From contig CAVTWC010000028.1 of the NCBI GenBank assembly GCA_963738105.1, positions 971-64,970 of the forward strand: 64,000 nucleotides of DNA. Direction: 5' to 3'. The translations under genes and the position numbers were made by a program. This DNA is from an uncultured Alphaproteobacteria bacterium. Lineage in GTDB: Bacteria; Pseudomonadota; Alphaproteobacteria; Rhizobiales; Xanthobacteraceae. How positions within the stretch are numbered: the stretch's first letter is position 1; the number at the start of each line of letters is the position of its first letter. The notes under the pieces were generated by a model. The model saw only the letters and a program-made list of their open reading frames with translations. It was not told where the DNA came from and ran no database searches. Below, piece after piece: positions 19,135 through 27,542 of this stretch.

Positions 19135-19788
19135 CTAATATTCCACCTCAAGCTCTTCGATATCTGCCGGCTCAGCCTTCGCGGCTTCTATCCACTGCTG
19201 CATTTCCGGCAGCGCCATGATCATGCCGGCATAGGCCGCAAGCTTCGGCTCCAGTTTGACATCATAGGTCATGAAGCGGGTCACGACCGGCGCGTACATC
19301 GCATCGGCCATGGTGCGCTCGCCGAACAGGAACGGGCCGCCGGATTTAGCCAGGCACTCGCGCCAGATAGTGCAGACTCGATCGATATCGGCCTGCGCCC
19401 GCGACCAGATCTTGAAATTCGGAAAATGGCCCTTGAGATTGACCGGCAGCGAGGCGCGCAGCGTCGTAAAGCCGGAATGGATTTCCCCGCAAATCGAGCG
19501 GCAATGCGCCCGCAAAATGCGGTCGGCCGGCAGCAATTTGGCATCCGGCATCACCTCGTTGAGATATTCGGCGATCGCCAGCGTATCCCACACGGTAGCA
19601 CCGTCGTGCCGCAGGCACGGCACCAGAATCGACGATGACAGCAGCAGTATCTCGGCCCGCGCCGACGCATCATCGGGGGCGGTCACGACCTCGTCGAATT
19701 CCAGCCCGGAGAATTTAGTCAGCAGCCAGCCACGCAGCGACCAGGACGAGTAGTTCTTGCTGCTGATGGTTAGTGTCGCTTTCGCCAT
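19135..19788 (-). CDS. Glutathione S-transferase (YfcF-like)
   Basis: Track ORF 19135..20070. Starts at ATG 19788 (MAKATLTISSKNYSSWSLRGWLL...), giving 217 aa with the thioredoxin-like N-domain and GST C-domain pattern. Confidence 0.8.
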   Translation of the reverse strand: MAKATLTISSKNYSSWSLRGWLLTKFSGLEFDEVVTAPDDASARAEILLLSSSILVPCLRHDGATVWDTLAIAEYLNEVMPDAKLLPADRILRAHCRSICGEIHSGFTTLRASLPVNLKGHFPNFKIWSRAQADIDRVCTIWRECLAKSGGPFLFGERTMADAMYAPVVTRFMTYDVKLEPKLAAYAGMIMALPEMQQWIEAAKAEPADIEELEVEY

Positions 19789-19870
19789 ATGGCTTTCCCT
19801 CACACCTGAACGCCCGTCGGGCCAAACTGCCCAATGTTTATGCTTCGCGCATTTTAAGCAGCAAGCGACG

Positions 19871-19901
19871 TGCCAGTTTGCGAACACCTGCCAGTTTGCG
19901 A
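19871..19901. promoter_or_regulatory. Perfect 13-bp direct repeat TGCCAGTTTGCGA x2 (18-bp period) in the GST-phaZ divergent intergenic region
   Basis: The copies lie at 19871..19883 and 19889..19901, 65-95 nt upstream of the phaZ start. This is a candidate operator; no known consensus could be matched by eye. Confidence 0.35.
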
Positions 19902-19965
19902 GGCTGATTGACTCGCGGCTGGCTTCAATATTGCATGGCAACAAAGGAGCGCGGGGCGAGTCTGG

Positions 19966-21189
19966 ATGATGTCGATGTTGTATCAGGCCTATCAGAACCA
20001 CATGGACATGACTGCGCCATGGCGGACCGGGGCCGCATCGGCACTCAAATATCTCAACCTCGTGCCGCAAGGGGTCTCCGACAAACTGTTCGGACGGCTT
20101 GCCGCCGCCCTTGAATTGATCTCACGGACGTCGCTGACCTATACGCGCCCCGCCTACGGCATCGACAGCGTGATGGTCGGCAACCGCGAGTTGGAGGTCA
20201 CCGAGGAAGTCACCTACGCGACGCCGTTCGGCTCATTGCTGCACTTCAGGAAGGAAGGCGCGCCGGAGCAGCCGCGCATGCTGCTGGTGGCGCCGATGTC
20301 CGGCCACTTCGCGACGCTGCTGCGCGGCACGGTCAAGACGCTGCTGCAGGATCACGACGTCTACATCACCGACTGGCACAATCCGCGCGACATTCCGCTC
20401 GATCAGGGCAAGTTCGGTCTCGACGAATACACCGAGCACCTCATCACCTTCCTCGATCAATTGGGCCCGCGCGCGCATATGGTGGCGATCTGCCAGCCGT
20501 CGGTGTCGGCGCTTTCGGCCGCCGCGATCATGTCGGAGGACAATCACCCGGCGCGGCCGGCAACGCTGACCTTGATGGCCGGTCCGATCGATACCCGCAT
20601 CCAGCCGACCAAGGTCAACGAATTCGCCAAGAGCAAGCCGATCGAATGGTTCGAGAAGAACCTGATCAACTTTGTCCCTTTTCAATGCAAGGGCGCGTTC
20701 CGGAAGGTTTATCCCGGGTTCATCCAGCTCACCGCCTTCGTGTCGATGAACCTCGAGCGCCACATCAAGCAGCATGTCGACCTCGCCGATCATCTGGCCA
20801 AGGGCGAAACGCAAAAGGCCGACACCATCAAGACCTTCTACGACGAATATTTTGCGGTGATGGATCTGCCGGCGGAGTTTTACATCGAGACCATTCGTGA
20901 CGTGTTTCAAGAGCATCTGTTGCCGCTGGGCAAGCTGACCTGGCGCGGCCGCCCGGTGAACCCGGCCTCGATCAAACGCATGGGCCTGATGACGGTCGAA
21001 GGCGAAAAGGACGACATCTGCTCGATCGGCCAGACGCTGGCCGCGCAGGATCTCTGCACCGGCGTGCGCGCCTACCGCAAGGTGCACCACATGCAGGCCG
21101 GCGTCGGCCATTACGGCGTATTCTCCGGCAAGCGCTGGAACAACGAGATCTATCCGTTGTTACGGGATTTCGTGCACGTTAATTCGTGA
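19966..21189 (+). CDS. phaZ: Intracellular polyhydroxyalkanoate (PHB) depolymerase
   Basis: 407 aa. MLYQAYQNHMDMTAPWR... and the overall pattern (VAPMSGHFATLLRGTV, CQPSV, GEKDDICSIGQT, HYGVFSGKRW) match the PhaZ intracellular depolymerase family. The start could be 19966 or 19975. Confidence 0.85.
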   Translation: MMSMLYQAYQNHMDMTAPWRTGAASALKYLNLVPQGVSDKLFGRLAAALELISRTSLTYTRPAYGIDSVMVGNRELEVTEEVTYATPFGSLLHFRKEGAPEQPRMLLVAPMSGHFATLLRGTVKTLLQDHDVYITDWHNPRDIPLDQGKFGLDEYTEHLITFLDQLGPRAHMVAICQPSVSALSAAAIMSEDNHPARPATLTLMAGPIDTRIQPTKVNEFAKSKPIEWFEKNLINFVPFQCKGAFRKVYPGFIQLTAFVSMNLERHIKQHVDLADHLAKGETQKADTIKTFYDEYFAVMDLPAEFYIETIRDVFQEHLLPLGKLTWRGRPVNPASIKRMGLMTVEGEKDDICSIGQTLAAQDLCTGVRAYRKVHHMQAGVGHYGVFSGKRWNNEIYPLLRDFVHVNS

Positions 21190-21210
21190 GTTGAGCACGA
21201 ACCTCTCATC

Positions 21211-21289
21211 GTCATTGCGAGGAGCGAAGCGACGAAGCAATCCAGCCTTGCTTTGAAGCTCTGGATTGCTTCGCTTCGCTCGCAATGAC
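21211..21289. repeat. Palindromic REP-like element (GTCATTGCGAG...CTCGCAATGAC family)
   Basis: The arms GTCATTGCGAGGAGCGAAGCGACGAAGCAATCCAG and CTGGATTGCTTCGCTTCGCTCGCAATGAC form a long imperfect hairpin. The same family is seen at 37164..37247 and 42048..42130. Confidence 0.75.
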
Positions 21290-21397
21290 GAGGGGGAGAA
21301 GTTTGGCCCCAATTGCCCTAGGCTAATCCTCATTCACGCGATAACATCTGCCGTCATCAAGCACGACCGATCAAGAGTCGTCGCCGGGAGGAATGTC

Positions 21398-22195
21398 ATG
21401 ACTGCAAAATTCGCTGTTTTCCGTACACTGGCGCTTGGTTTCGCTTGCGCCCTGCTGCTTTCGGGCGCGGCCAGTGCTGCCGAGGTTCGGGTCATGATCT
21501 CGGGCGGACTGACCGCGGCGTTCAAGGCGCTGGTGCCGGAATTCGAGCGCACCACCGGCAACAAGGTGCTGATCGCCTATGGCCCGTCGATGGGCACCAC
21601 GGTCAACGCCATTCCGGTGCGGCTTGAACGCGGCGAACCCGCCGATGTCCTGATCATGGTGGGGTATGCGCTGGAAGACCTCGTCAAGCAGGGCAAGGTC
21701 ATCGCCGACAGCAAGGTCGACCTGGTGAAATCGCCGATCGGCATCGCGGTCAAATCGGGCACGCCAAAGCCGGACATCAGTTCGGCCGATGCGGTCAAGC
21801 GCGCGCTGCTTGCGGCCAAGACCATCGCCTATTCCGACAGCGCCAGCGGCGTCTATGTCTCGACCGAGATGTTCGACAAACTCGGAATCAAGGACGCCAT
21901 GAAAGGCAAAGCCAGGCAGATCCCGGCGACGCCGGTCGGCGAGATCGTCGCCAAGGGCGAGGCCGAGATCGGCCTGCAGCAGATCAGTGAGTTAAAGCCG
22001 GTATCCGGCATCGATATCATCGGGCCGCTGCCGAATGATCTGCAGAAGATCACGGTGTTCTCGGCGGGGATCGCCAGCGTGTCGAAAGAGCCTGACGCCG
22101 GCAAGGCGCTGATCAAATTCCTCGCCTCACCTGCGGCGCGCGCGGAGATCGTCAACAGCGGCATGGACCCGATCGTGGCGAGCGCGACGCACTAG
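21398..22195 (+). CDS. Periplasmic substrate-binding protein (ModA/molybdate-like PBP2 fold)
   Basis: Track ORF 21266..22195. ATG 21398 has GGGAGGA upstream, and the signal peptide ends SAAEV. The RVMISGGLTAAFKALVPEFE start is typical of ModA-like binders. Substrate unknown. Confidence 0.7.
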   Translation: MTAKFAVFRTLALGFACALLLSGAASAAEVRVMISGGLTAAFKALVPEFERTTGNKVLIAYGPSMGTTVNAIPVRLERGEPADVLIMVGYALEDLVKQGKVIADSKVDLVKSPIGIAVKSGTPKPDISSADAVKRALLAAKTIAYSDSASGVYVSTEMFDKLGIKDAMKGKARQIPATPVGEIVAKGEAEIGLQQISELKPVSGIDIIGPLPNDLQKITVFSAGIASVSKEPDAGKALIKFLASPAARAEIVNSGMDPIVASATH

Positions 22196-22272
22196 ATCGA
22201 CGATGGCTTTGAGTTCGCCATTCCGGAACGCGCGCTTGCGTGGGCCCGGAATGGCAATCTCAGTTCAGATAG

Positions 22273-23082
22273 CTAATTGCTCGTCGCCGTCCGGATCGGC
22301 GTATCCTTCAGGCCGTTATTGTCATAGGCCTTGCGCAGCGTGCCGTTGCCGGTCGCATCGGTCATGAACTTGGTCGCGAAGGTCAGCGACTGCGGATGGT
22401 TCAACGGCACCGCCACCGCGGTGACGGTCTGCTTGAAGGTTTCGGCCAGCACATGCGTGCCCGGCAGCTTCTTGGCCATCGCATTGAGCTGGTCGCGCGA
22501 CAATGCGAACGCATCGACCTCGCCGCTCTTCAGCAAGCCGAAGATCTCGTCATAGGTCTGATAGCCTGTGACTTTGGCGTTCTTCAGATGCGCGATGGCG
22601 CCGCGCATGGTGGTGGTGTTGTTGACCGCGGCGATTTTCACGCCGGGTTGATCAAGCGCCAGGAAATCGGTCACCGAAGATCCCGCCTTGACGATGTAGG
22701 TAGCGTCGGCGACCTCATAGATCGGTCCGAACGACATCTTGGTCTCGCGCTCCGGGTCCTTTGGCAGGAAGGTCACGTCCCAATTGCCCTTGCCGGCGGA
22801 GTCGGTGATCTGTCCGGAGTTCTGGTAGGCGACATATTCGACGGGCACGCCAAGCTGCGCCGCCATTTCCTTGCCGAGATCGACCGGCACCCCGGCGTAA
22901 TCGCCCGACGCGGTCTTGGTCGACCAGAATGCACCGCCGGCCGGGCTGATCGCGATCGCCACCCGCAGCTTGCCGGTGGGGGTGATTTCATCCTTGAGCC
23001 CATCGGCGCTGGCAGGACCGGCCACCATCATCGCAGCCATCAGGGCAACGCCGGCGATGCACGGCATGAGTTGAACAGTCAT
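22273..23082 (-). CDS. ABC transporter substrate-binding protein (family 3, polar amino acid-type)
   Basis: 269 aa with a signal peptide ending ASADG. The LRVAIAISP...GVPVDLGKEMA pattern is that of PBP family 3. Confidence 0.75.
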   Translation of the reverse strand: MTVQLMPCIAGVALMAAMMVAGPASADGLKDEITPTGKLRVAIAISPAGGAFWSTKTASGDYAGVPVDLGKEMAAQLGVPVEYVAYQNSGQITDSAGKGNWDVTFLPKDPERETKMSFGPIYEVADATYIVKAGSSVTDFLALDQPGVKIAAVNNTTTMRGAIAHLKNAKVTGYQTYDEIFGLLKSGEVDAFALSRDQLNAMAKKLPGTHVLAETFKQTVTAVAVPLNHPQSLTFATKFMTDATGNGTLRKAYDNNGLKDTPIRTATSN

Positions 23083-23258
23083 CGGATTCTCCCATCCATT
23101 GGCTCGTTATTCGTATCGAGCCTTCATCGGCCATTGTGGTCGAACGGAGGAGACGTTGAAGCCCAAAATCCTGACTCAAGCCACTAAAATATTCACGACG
23201 TCATGTTCACGTCCGTGTCCCGGACGCGGTGCCTGCCGCTTGAAAAATCGCTTGCCTC

Positions 23259-24539
23259 CTACGCCGCCACTGCCTTTGCCGTATTCAGACGCTCGGCGAG
23301 ATGCTTCCCGACAAAGTCCGCGTCGCGGCCGACGCCGACGAAGCGGCCCGAGCCCCAGGTATAAAGCCAGGGCAGACCCAGCACATAGATGCCGTCCATC
23401 GAAGTCACGCCGCGTCTGTGGGTTGGGTAGCCCGCACCATCGAAGATCGGCAACTCGACCCATGACCAGTCCGAGCGGAACCCGGTGGTCCAGATGATGG
23501 CGCTGATGCCGGCCGCGGCCGGATCGAGCGTTGCGACCGGGGTTCCGGGTTGCCAGAGCGGCTCAAAATGCGGCTGTAACGGCGCCTCGATCGCGTTGCG
23601 CGCGATGTGTTCGTCGATCAGGCCGCAGATGCCGTTATAGACCTTGTCGGCATTGTCGAGATTTCTGGTGAGGTCGTCGGCGAATTCGAGCCGGCCATCC
23701 TGGATATCCTTCAGGCGCCCGTACAGCGACATCCCTTCCAGCGCGAATTTGCGCAGGTCGATATCCCGGCCGCCATCGCGCCCGGTCAGATAATGGTTCG
23801 CATTTTTGCGCACCTTCTCTTTCAGTCTGTGCTGATCGACCGGCAGATCGTACTGGCCGAGATCATCCAGCCATTCCACCGCCTCCCGGCCGCGATAAAC
23901 CCGCGGACAGCGTGGCGCGCTGCCGACGGCCAGATGCACCTTGCGCCCGGCGAGATGCAAATCCTCGGCGATCTGGCAGCCGGACTGGCCGCTGCCGATC
24001 ACAAGCACTTCACCTGGCGGCAATGCTTGCGGATTCCGATAGGCCGAGGAATGCAATTGCGTGACCGAGCCATCGAGACGGTCCGACATAAGCGGCACGT
24101 TGGGGACATGATAGCCGCTGACCGCTAGCACTACCGCATCCGCCGTCATCTCGCCGGCGCTGGTCTCGAGCGCAAAGCCGCCGCCCGCGCTTTGGCTGAG
24201 GCGGGTCACCGCGACGCCCTCCTTGATCGGCGCGGCGATATGCCTGGCGTAGCCTTCGACATAGCTGACGATTTCGTCGCGCAGCATAAAACCTTTGGGA
24301 TCGCTGCCCTGATAGGGATATCCGGGAAGCTGGCATTGCCAGTTCGGAGTCACCAGGCAGAACGCATCCCAGCGCTGCGTCTTCCAGGAATGCGCGATCT
24401 GGTTCTTCTCCAGGATGACATGATCGATGCCGGTCTGCTTGAGCTGATAGCTCATGGCAAGACCGGCCTGGCCGCCGCCGATCACGACGACGCTGACATG
24501 CGGGGGCAAGGTCTGGTGGGAAATCGAGGACGAGGTCAT
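23259..24539 (-). CDS. MSMEG_0569-family flavin-dependent oxidoreductase (Nit1C cluster, last gene)
   Basis: 426 aa with two dinucleotide motifs (VVIGGGQAGLAM and VIGSGQSGCQIAEDL). Position and sequence pattern match the flavin oxidoreductase of the MSMEG_0565-0572 cluster (family assignment from memory of the TIGR04046 description). Confidence 0.75.
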   Translation of the reverse strand: MTSSSISHQTLPPHVSVVVIGGGQAGLAMSYQLKQTGIDHVILEKNQIAHSWKTQRWDAFCLVTPNWQCQLPGYPYQGSDPKGFMLRDEIVSYVEGYARHIAAPIKEGVAVTRLSQSAGGGFALETSAGEMTADAVVLAVSGYHVPNVPLMSDRLDGSVTQLHSSAYRNPQALPPGEVLVIGSGQSGCQIAEDLHLAGRKVHLAVGSAPRCPRVYRGREAVEWLDDLGQYDLPVDQHRLKEKVRKNANHYLTGRDGGRDIDLRKFALEGMSLYGRLKDIQDGRLEFADDLTRNLDNADKVYNGICGLIDEHIARNAIEAPLQPHFEPLWQPGTPVATLDPAAAGISAIIWTTGFRSDWSWVELPIFDGAGYPTHRRGVTSMDGIYVLGLPWLYTWGSGRFVGVGRDADFVGKHLAERLNTAKAVAA

Positions 24540-24554
24540 GGCACTCTCCTTTTG

Positions 24555-24842
24555 TTATTCTTGAAACGACGTGACGGTCACAACGCCATCGGGCGTTGCA
24601 TGGAAACGTTCGGCGGCGGCCTCCAGGCGTGCGAGCTGGCCCATCGCGCGCGAACAGGCAAAGCCGTATTTCTCCCGCACCCGATCGCTGGCTGTTGTCA
24701 GCGCCGTACGGCTGCGCTGCATGAATTCGCCGACGGCATAGCTGGCGCCGACCGCGAGATGATCCTTGATCACCAGCGACGGCGAATAGCATTGCTCGGT
24801 CGCGCCATCCGGCCAGCGAATGTGGAACAGCATCTCAGGCAT
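24555..24842 (-). CDS. MSMEG_0570-family small protein (95 aa; Nit1C cluster)
   Basis: The sequence is MPEMLFHIRWPDGATEQCYSPSLVIKDHL.... Its start overlaps the glycosyltransferase stop by 8 nt. Size and position fit the small conserved cluster member. Confidence 0.65.
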   Translation of the reverse strand: MPEMLFHIRWPDGATEQCYSPSLVIKDHLAVGASYAVGEFMQRSRTALTTASDRVREKYGFACSRAMGQLARLEAAAERFHATPDGVVTVTSFQE

Positions 24843-26001
24843 GCTGCAGCTCCGTCATCCGCGCATACACCGGCAAATGCGCGCGTGCGGTGTTGCTCCA
24901 GTCATACTGGCGCGCGATCAGCGCGCCGCGCTGCGCCAGCCTGGAGCGCAGCGGCTCGGTCAGCACCATCGCCATCGCATTGGCGATCGAGCCGACATTG
25001 TGGGGATCGCACCAGACCACATCGTGCTCGTGGAGATATTCGGTGAACGGCGCGATCCGCGACGTGACCACCGGCGTGCCGCTCGCCATCGCTTCGAGAA
25101 CGACCAGCCCAAAGCCCTCCTTCACGGACGGAAACACCAGCGCATCCGCTAGCCGATACAGCGACGGCATTTCCGCATCCGGGATCGGGCCGAGGCAGCG
25201 CACCGCACGGTCGAGCACGCCGTTGGCCGCGAGCAAAGCCTCGAACTGACGCCGGTACGAGCTGTGGTCCAGCAGCGAAGCGCCGCCGGCAATCACGAGC
25301 TGCGCATCGCGGTGGATGGTCAGCACCTGCTGGAACGCTTCGAGAATCCGGATAGTGTTCTTGCGCTCCTCGATACCGCCGACCGCCAGCAGAATGTGGC
25401 TGCCATTGATGCCGTATTTGGCGCGCACCTCCTGATCGATGGTGCGCGACGCGCCGCTGAAGCGCAGCGTGTCGACGCCATTGCCGATCGCCGTGGAAGA
25501 CCGGCCGAACTCTGACAGGATCTGCTGCTGCCAGAGCATGCTGACGGTAAACAGTTCATCGGCCTCTACGATCGAGCGGGTCTGCCATTCGGCAAGGCGC
25601 GGGTCGCTGAAATGGTCGGTATGATGAACCGTGCGCGCGAAACAGCTGATCGTGCCGCGCTGCTTCAGCGTCGCCAGCGCGTTGCCGGAGATGGCATCCT
25701 GGGCATGAAAGACATCGAATTGGCGGTTCTCCGGGTTCTCAAAATGCCTGAGATAATCGGCGATGCGAACGCGCACCATCTCGACAACGTCCTTGCCGAC
25801 CGGTGATGCCATCACGGCTACCGCAGGCGATATCGGCGCCCGGAAGAATCCTTTGCCGCGGGCATCCGGCGCATGCACCACCGCTTCATGCCCAAGCCGT
25901 GTCAGGCTATCGGCGAGCTCGATCGCATGCACCACGCCGCCGCGCGGGTTGGTGGAATGTGCGAGGATGGCGATCCGCAGCGGCCGGGCATTCGCGCTCA
26001 T
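24835..26001 (-). CDS. MSMEG_0565-family glycosyltransferase (GT4-like; Nit1C cluster)
   Basis: 388 aa of GT-B/GT4 type (RIAILAHSTNPRGGVVHAIEL...FPSVKEGFGLVVLEAMASGTPVV). Its ATG overlaps the upstream stop (ATGA). Confidence 0.8.
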   Translation of the reverse strand: MSANARPLRIAILAHSTNPRGGVVHAIELADSLTRLGHEAVVHAPDARGKGFFRAPISPAVAVMASPVGKDVVEMVRVRIADYLRHFENPENRQFDVFHAQDAISGNALATLKQRGTISCFARTVHHTDHFSDPRLAEWQTRSIVEADELFTVSMLWQQQILSEFGRSSTAIGNGVDTLRFSGASRTIDQEVRAKYGINGSHILLAVGGIEERKNTIRILEAFQQVLTIHRDAQLVIAGGASLLDHSSYRRQFEALLAANGVLDRAVRCLGPIPDAEMPSLYRLADALVFPSVKEGFGLVVLEAMASGTPVVTSRIAPFTEYLHEHDVVWCDPHNVGSIANAMAMVLTEPLRSRLAQRGALIARQYDWSNTARAHLPVYARMTELQHA

Positions 26002-26996
26002 GCGACCGCCCCCATCGACAGACCTGTTCGGCTACCGGCGCCGATCAGCGGCTTGTCGGCAAAGTCCCAGATCGTCTCCGACGCAGTGCCGTCATTGATG
26101 CTGACACGGCTGCCAGGCATGACGGTGCCGATCGCGGCTGCCGCGACGCCGCGCGCCGCAAAACGCGCGATCGTCTCGGCGACATTCCAGGGTTTTACCG
26201 AGAGCAAATAGCCAAAGCTCGGGAACGTCAGCAGCCAGCGCTCCAACGCGACCCCGGCAGGTTTCGGAATGGCATTGATATCGATATCGACGGCGACGCC
26301 GGAGCATTCGGCCAGCATGACAGCGGTGCCGACGATGCCGCCCTGGCTGATGTCCTTGGCCGCGCGCGACAGGCCGGCCTCCGCGATCAGCGGCAACAGC
26401 TCGATATCGCCGCGCAGCCGCTGGTGCGGCGCGTCGGTCGCGGCCTCCCAGTTCGAAAACGGCTCGCGGTAGCGGCCGCGCAGATCGATCGCGGCGACCA
26501 AAGTGTCGCCGGGCTCGGCATCAAAGCTGGTCAGAAGCTTGTTGGCGCGGCCGAGAATCGCAACTGACAACTGGCCGCGATCGGTGCGGACGTTGGTATG
26601 GCCGCCGACGATCGGCACCGCATAGGCCTTGGCGGCGTCCTTCAGCCCGGCCAGCACTGGTGCTGCCTTGGCTTCGCCGTCGGCCCAGATCGCGTTGACC
26701 ACGGCCATCGGCCGCCCGCCCATCGCCGCGATGTCGGAGATATTGACCATGGCGCCGCACCAGCCTGCGAACCAGGGATCGCCCGCGACGAATTCATTCA
26801 TAAAACCTTCGATCGCGAACAGCAGATAGCCGTCGCCGTCGGGGATCGCGGCGCAGTCGTCACCGACCGGGATGACGTCGTCGCCGGACAGCCCCAACGA
26901 TTTTGCCACCGAGGCGATATCGCTTTTGGCCGCGATGCCACTGCTCCGACGCAAACGCTGCGCCAGCGCGGATATGGTGAGCGATCCCGTCATCAT
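25998..26996 (-). CDS. Sll0787-family AIR synthase-related (PurM-fold) protein (Nit1C cluster)
   Basis: This is the C-terminal 332 codons of track ORF 25998..27542, starting at ATG 26996 (MMTGSLTISALAQRL...). That ATG overlaps the true stop of the GNAT frame (TGA 26993..26995). PurM-type motifs seen: VGDDCAAIP and GGHTN. Confidence 0.8.
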   Translation of the reverse strand: MMTGSLTISALAQRLRRSSGIAAKSDIASVAKSLGLSGDDVIPVGDDCAAIPDGDGYLLFAIEGFMNEFVAGDPWFAGWCGAMVNISDIAAMGGRPMAVVNAIWADGEAKAAPVLAGLKDAAKAYAVPIVGGHTNVRTDRGQLSVAILGRANKLLTSFDAEPGDTLVAAIDLRGRYREPFSNWEAATDAPHQRLRGDIELLPLIAEAGLSRAAKDISQGGIVGTAVMLAECSGVAVDIDINAIPKPAGVALERWLLTFPSFGYLLSVKPWNVAETIARFAARGVAAAAIGTVMPGSRVSINDGTASETIWDFADKPLIGAGSRTGLSMGAVA

Positions 26997-27542
26997 GCGG
27001 CGAGCTTCGGCAGCGAGAGGAAGCCGATCTCGGGCTCCCGGAACGGCGGATAGAAATCGAGATCGGCCTGCATCATGTGATGCGGCTTGCCGTGGAGCTC
27101 GACCTCCTCCAGCGTGCGCCAATGCATGCGGTGAAACAGCTCGGCGTTCTGGCTCTGGATGTTGCCAAGGAACGTATGGCAACCGCGCGCATGCGCCGAG
27201 GCAACCGCGAGGCGGATCGAGCCCGGTACCGACGGCACCGAGGCGGCGATATTGCCCTGTCACCGCGAGCCGCGATCCCCACCACACGCCTGGATCTTCC
27301 GGATGCTGGTGAATGCGAACCGTTCCGACCACGGTGTCAGCGGCGACGCCGAACAGCGAAATCGCCACAATGGGTATAGCGACATCGTCGGTCGCATCGC
27401 GATCGTCGCCGTCGAACAATCCCTGTTCAACGCAAAACACCTGCCGGCGCAGCGCCGCCGCGCCGTTTTTCTCCCAGGCTTCGGTGGCAAACTTGATCTG
27501 ATAGGCGCTGGCCAGAAACGGCTTGAATGGTTCGAACATCAT
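26993..27542 (-). pseudogene. MSMEG_0567/Sll0786-family GNAT N-acetyltransferase with one apparent frameshift (Nit1C cluster)
   Basis: The N-terminal part is in the frame of track ORF 25998..27542 ([21 protein letters not shown]...RLGAVGTGL). The C-terminal part is in the frame of 26993..27238 (IRLAVASAHARGCHTFLGNIQSQNAELFHRMHW...). They join at about 27215-27222 (minus strand GGGCTCGATCCGC; GGGCTGATCCGC would read through). Length 550 nt = 3n+1. Confidence 0.75.

Noticed and set aside
25998-27542. A single 514-aa bifunctional GNAT / AIR-synthase-like fusion protein, as suggested by the ORF track.
   Set aside because: The central roughly 75 residues are out-of-frame junk. The authentic GNAT C-terminus and its stop codon are found in another frame, with a canonical ATGA overlap onto the PurM-like gene start at 26996.
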